64,000 nt of DNA, from the IMG/VR virus record IMGVR_UViG_3300037423_001642, positions 1 to 64,000 of that record. The stretch is one strand, 5' to 3'. The stretch is from an uncultured virus (IMG/VR IMGVR_UViG_3300037423_001642) (lineage: Duplodnaviria > Heunggongvirae > Uroviricota > Caudoviricetes). The notes under the pieces are model-generated. The model ran no database searches, had not been told where the DNA came from, and worked only from the letters and a program-made list of their open reading frames with translations. Shown one piece after another: positions 58,620 to 64,000 of this stretch. Made by a program: the position numbers and the translations under genes. The stretch's first letter is position 1; each line of letters begins with the position of its first letter.

Positions 58620-61543
58620 TCACTCGCTTGATATGATTCCCTCAGAATACTTTGCATCCGGATAGAATGTATATGAATAACATCCTTCGGCATTGAAGGT
58701 CATAAACAGTGTTTTGCCAGTATATGGAACCTTATCTGTGCCAGTATATTTGTACAAATCAATGGCCGAGAAAGTATAATCGTGCCCATCGCTTAGATAA
58801 CGACCTTGTAGAAGCATCAGTTCCGGTTTGGTCAAGCTTCTAATATAATGAAAATCGGGGTTATTGGCGATCTTTATGCGCAGTTCATCCGATTTGGTAC
58901 AGGCAGCATCTTGGGCAACAGTGGTTTGACTCATTGCTCGGGCAGATAGTGTCATGAAAAGAAGGACGAGGAATGCGAGAAAAAGTGTAATGATTACAAT
59001 GGCTTTGCCAGATCGAGACATGAGAAACCTTGGTTGGTTAATGTGATTATGATGATTGTCCAGAGCGCCATCAGCACAATGAATGCGATTTTGCGGCGAA
59101 TAGACCATGGTCGAGAATACGACATATTATTGTGATTCATTGAGTTTATTCGTGGATTATTGCAAGGAAATCTTTGTTAATGCAAAAATGTTCCATTGAA
59201 CAGACTCCTTGTTTTCGGGCATTTCGGAAAAATACCACGTAAATATAACCATCCGGTTATTATATAACTACCCGGTTATTATATAACTCTATAGTTATGG
59301 ATCGACGGTATAGGCAGCACACCGCAGTTCTGTTTGTATATCTTCCACGATATACCGTTCCATCATCGGTTTCATGTGACCCAATTCCGTCAAGCATTCT
59401 TTTTCCGTATCGAAATACATTCTTTCCGAGATAACGGACGTGCCCACAGAAGTGCCCATGGAAGTACCCGGAGTCCCTGTATAGATTGTAGCTATCAGAA
59501 TAAAAATTGTAGATGGAACCATCATTTTGCCTATAGTTTTCCGTATTCGATTGGAGGCAGTTTTTCTATTTCTTCGTCGCTGAATTCGGATAGACCGGTG
59601 GACATATTTGTCCCGGTGGACATATCTTTCTCAATTTCTCCGAAAATTCTTCGAATTTCTTTAATGGAAAAGTACTTCCCTATCTGGTGTTCCTTTATTC
59701 CAAAACCTTTATAGTATTCGATTTCATCGGGAGTTAATTCTGGAAAAGGTTCACAGTAATTTTCCGGATCGAATTCCTTGCACCATTCACCATGAGCCTT
59801 AAATTCTTCGACTGTCGGTGGATGGCTTAGATAAGGTTCAACTGGTTTCAGGAGGTTAAAGTAACTCAAATCAAGGCATCCATCGGAACCGATTATCCAA
59901 GCACTTTGGACTCCATCAGACCATGTTCGAATTTCAATGATTTGGCGTGAGCCATCATTTTTTGTTTCAGCCCACCAGTAACCATTCTTTATTGTATTAT
60001 TTTGCATTCAATTCCCTTTCTAATTGTTCACCAGTCATACACCGCATATTTCGAGGATCATCGAGGCATGAAGGAACGCCAGACGGGACGCCATACGTTG
60101 TACATGAAGATAACATAATCATCACGACTACCCATAAAGTTGGGGATGCGAAGCATCCTTTTCCCATTCCCATTACTTTTCCCATTACTTTGTGTCCGAA
60201 CTACTATCTTTGACATGAAGAAATGGCGGTATGTTTCTTCTATTGGTTTTCAGGTGTTCCAAGAGTTTTTCTTTTTTCTCCAATTCATCCTTAACCCATT
60301 GTTCGGCCAATTCTTCGGACTCAAAAAACATTGGTCTATATGATGAGTTTGATTCCATCACGATTGACCAATAATAGCTAATCCGCTCATATCCCCGCAT
60401 TGAATACCGTTCGAGTCCCCATCCCAATTCAGCACCGCCATTCTGTGCCGTTGGATAGATTCGATAGGTTCCAAGTGGAAACTCTGCTTTCGGACGATTT
60501 TCGGGGTTTTGTTGTTGTTCAGGAACCGGGATTGGTTCCCTTTGTGGTTTATATGGAGTGCCAAATAAAAATTCTAATATCGACATCTATTTTCTCGTTG
60601 ATTTTTGTATTTCTGATTTGATCATTTCGAATATGAAGTAAAAGAAAATTACTGGCCATATCAGAGACAATAGGATTGCATTTCTTTTCTCTGATGCCGA
60701 CCGGTGAGGCGAGAATATACTTCCAAGAGAAAGCAGGAAATACACGGGTACGGCACCCATCGCCCAAAGGATTATGATTATGAAAATACTCATTCGAAGT
60801 TTATTCCTATTCTTTCAGGCTACGTTGGATATCTCTAAGGACGCCCAAGAGTTCGAACCACATGGCCCACATTCCCGTGTAGATAGCCGTTTCCATATTG
60901 CCGTGATAGGCCGATATCAGGGACGACACCGCCAAGAGGGCAACAAAAATTGCCGTGATCAGTTTAAAGATTTTGACAGTATTACTCATTTCACCTACTG
61001 TATTCTTCCAATGATTTGTTGATCATATTTCTCATTCGGATTAATTCGACGCACACATTTTGTGGACCATTCAATGCGCCAGTTCCGCAACCATCTGCCA
61101 TATACTTTGTGATGGCTTCAATGGACTTTAGATGCATACGAATCAAATAATCGCAATGCGTTGGCGGTATTGCTTTTCTCTCAGTCATCGTCACCATCGT
61201 TTTCCGAATCGTCTATTGTTTCTAATGTATATGTGTATCGATGGCACACATAGTTCATCGCTTTGTAACGGGCGATGTGATCACCGATTCCCGCCTGTGG
61301 ACTCCAGTCGGTTTCAGGGATCACCACGGGACCAGATGTTGGAATGCCGTTCGGTGCAAGGCAAAGCCACACATAGGAATATGCTGGCAGCTTGTTCCGA
61401 TTGGCCTTGCGGTATCTCTTGTTTTTGTTTTCGATATTCCGAGCCTTGTTGATATAGAAATCAGGATCATCGAACTTACAAGGTTCACCATTCTCTGTAT
61501 CGCAAGAACAATTCGGCCATATGCAGTTTCCGAGATTACCCAT
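58620..61543 (-). other. run of small hypothetical CDS, several secreted or membrane (58620-59021, 59295-59525, 59531-60007, 59997-60185, 60185-60586, 60587-60793, 60807-60989, 60991-61197, 61181-61543)
   Basis: Contiguous ORFs with hydrophobic N-termini; a lipobox-like MLSSC in 59997-60185. Confidence 0.6.
59243..59298. repeat. AT-rich direct and inverted repeat cluster
   Basis: CCGGTTATTATATAACT at 59253-59269 and 59272-59288; alternating ATAAC/GTTAT half-sites. Confidence 0.75.
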
Positions 61544-61843
61544 TAATATATTCTTCCGATCTTGAAAGCATACAGACTTTTCCGACCGCCCGAAAAATAA
61601 ACGGTCTTGTCGCCATTATCCTTAGTGTTGATGGCCCTTTGAATAAATGGAATAAATGGTTGCACTTTAATGTATTCAGTCGTTAGTTTGCCAGTATATC
61701 GAATTTGCACTTAACTGTCTGCCGATCTTAGCATCATATAGTTTGAAAAGACGAGGCGTGAGAACGTGTTTTTCGCCATTCTTCAAAGTATAGATCGATT
61801 TTTCAATGAATGGAATATATCTTGGGTCTTTAATCTTGGACAT
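61543..61843 (-). other. two tandem 55-aa paralogous CDS (61676-61843, 61543-61710)
   Basis: Hand translation: YIPFIEKSIYTLKNGEK..LYDAKIGR versus FIPFIQRAINTKDNGDK..LYAFKIGR. Confidence 0.6.
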
Positions 61844-62086
61844 TGGTTCAGATATGACATGTTACGGGCGATAATGCGTCAGATATGATGAGTTTCACCC
61901 GAGTTTCACCATGTGTCGTCATACTCCGTTCCCGGCTTCACCAAGAACGTTCCGCAGACCATGCATTTCGCCACCATTTCGGACCCATAGGTTCCCTTCT
62001 GCCAATCGGCTTCTTCGATTTCGAGCTTGGATTCGCAACGGGAACATGTCATCAGAATTGGCTTGGCAAGAGACTTTGTGCCACGT

Positions 62087-62584
62087 TCAAGCAGTTTCAT
62101 TTTTCACGTCTGGAATAGTTAGATTGAACCACTTGGCGAATAACTCCAAATTTTCACGCATTTTTTCCGGTGAATCTTCTCTAAGAAAAACCGCCGTGTC
62201 ATGACAATGCTGCAATTGTCGCAATGCTGAACGTGAAATATTTTCGAATAATTTCGTCCATCGAGGATCGCCAGTAAACCGAGCAACATCAGTGTCCAAC
62301 ATCACGAGCAATGTCTTACTGTTGTTTGCATCATTCACAAATTCGTCCGGTACACAGTGGCCAATGGCACATTTGCGATTGTTTACCTTGTCACGATACA
62401 GGCAGGAATTGGATGTAGTTGCCGAGCTACCATAGGAGCGAAGAAAACCTTGGCTGGCGAGCCCGATATAGGCTTTGTTGAAAACTTCCTGTAGATTTTC
62501 ATATGGGACAATGTAGTCCAATTCCTTGAGGTATTTCGGACCAATATTGTGCAGTACAAATTCAATTTCAGTTTCACTTACCAT
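62087..62584 (-). CDS. paralogue family B
   Basis: PYENLQEVFNKAYIG, CLYR, KCAIGHCVP, LQHCHD, NLTIP. Confidence 0.8.
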   Translation of the reverse strand: MVSETEIEFVLHNIGPKYLKELDYIVPYENLQEVFNKAYIGLASQGFLRSYGSSATTSNSCLYRDKVNNRKCAIGHCVPDEFVNDANNSKTLLVMLDTDVARFTGDPRWTKLFENISRSALRQLQHCHDTAVFLREDSPEKMRENLELFAKWFNLTIPDVKNETA

Positions 62585-63989
62585 CTTGCTTTTGCCTTTG
62601 CGTCTAATTCTTTTAATTGTTCTTGTTCTGAAACATCTATCAATTTGTCGCCAAGCACAAAGGAGACAAAGAAAAGACCCAGAACAATCGGGATCAGCCC
62701 GAGAATGATTGGATGTTCGATCAAATATGGATAGCCGGTATCCAGTAAAAACATGATACTATGCCAAGACAATAGGCTGACAAATGCCAAAGAAAGCACC
62801 ATCAAAGCCAGAGCGAAGATCGTCAATGCAATGAAGATGAGCCCGAGAGAGATGCGATTGACTACAGCGTCAAAGGATAGGTTCTTGTTTTTATATTGCA
62901 TTTCTTGCTTTCAATGGGTTTCGGGTTCATCGCCATCATCGTAATGGATTTTGCCATAATCAGCCGGAATCGAACGCTTGACGGCTTCATTGATAATCCT
63001 ATCAATATCGAAATGCATTTCTGAAAAGTCTGAATTTCGAGCTTCTTTCCGCTCTTCTTCCAAGCGTTCATCCGTCAATGGAACATAATACAATTCACCC
63101 GGATAGAACCATGGCCGTTTGAATTCTTGTTCTGGTGAGTCAAAAGACGTTAGTCGCTGGATGTATGGGGACAATCCATTGTCCGAAGGCCGTTCAATAG
63201 CCTCTCTTTGCCACACAGAAGGCCGCAGGAGACGTTTCCGAGTTGGTAGGACAGCACCAGCACCCAGAGCCCTAAAATGCCTCCAATTACCGCTATTCCT
63301 ATCGTTGGAATAAGCAGGAGCAATGCCGTCACAACAGCACCCGCCGCAATGATGAGCAATCCAAGTCCGAGCCGAATGAAGAAAGCCAGATTGATTTCTG
63401 GTAAGTTCATTGTCGCAATTTCACCCGTTTTTCGTCTCTTCGTTGCGCTTCCATTTCCTTATGAAAACGACGCTTTTCCAGATAAGCCAGCCCTACGATG
63501 ATAGCGCCCGTTATGCCCACGAACCAAGCCATCAGTGTTTCGTTTCGTGTATGTGTGCCGGATAATCGAGCGGCGCATTGCGCTCAATCAATCTCTGTTC
63601 GATTTCCTTCGCCATTGCCGCACAGCGTTCGACATAGGCGTTTGTTCGCATGACATAGATTGCATGATCAATTTCGGCCCGTTTCTTGCCGAAATAGGAA
63701 CCCGCCGCAAAGCCGATTGAACAACCTACACAAAGAAAGAGAAAGCTCATTTCGACTCCTTTTTGGGTTTACTGGAATAATCGATTTTCAATTCGCTTGC
63801 GCCCATGGCGTCAAGTGTTGCATTGATATCGAGGATTCGTTCCTTGGTGATGTACAATTTTCCGGTCTTTTCAGCATGTTCCCGCCGATAGTACTCAATC
63901 AGACAAATTTCCTTCGATGGCCAAGGCCCATTGAACAAACCAATGCCGTTGTCGAAATACCAATCGCCCGACTCCGTTCCCCGGATCAT
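62578..63989 (-). other. small hypothetical and membrane CDS (62578-62901, 62911-63216, 63150-63410, 63532-63750, 63747-63989)
   Basis: Contiguous minus-strand ORFs; transmembrane segments in several. Confidence 0.55.
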
Positions 63990-64000
63990 GAGGATTTCGG

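Noticed and set aside
1..64000. Stop-codon reassignment
   Set aside because: Core genes translate full length with the standard bacterial code, and TAA, TGA and TAG all appear as ordinary stops.

Overview
A 64-kb segment of a large T4-superfamily myophage, most likely infecting an alphaproteobacterium (Rhizobiales-like). The host is inferred from an alpha-type permuted two-piece tmRNA gene and TTGAC-N17-TATAT-type early promoters. 1-6.1 kb (+): early genes, tmRNA, an orphan BrnA-like antitoxin, a PRTase-like gene, gp33, gp59, MazG-like and gp32. 6.1-41.3 kb (mostly -): late virion module under TATAAATA promoters: gp4, gp48, gp53, hub, gp5 with two cell-wall hydrolase domains, PAAR, gp25, gp6, gp7, gp8, a VrlC-like protein, fibres, a cassette of modifying enzymes, gp13, a 1750-aa repeat fibre, gp14, gp15 and gp16. 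41.3-64 kb: dense accessory region of small ORFs with two large paralogue expansions. The least explained signal is a set of non-coding RNAs: a complete tRNA(Phe)-like body split by a 172-nt highly structured insert that is neither group I nor group II (43040-43287), a second 165-nt tRNA-chassis RNA heading an array of six paralogous genes (53984-54148), an anti-Shine-Dalgarno-loop sRNA (50823-50916), and the two-piece tmRNA (2151-2470). All family calls are from motif recognition by eye; no database search was run.
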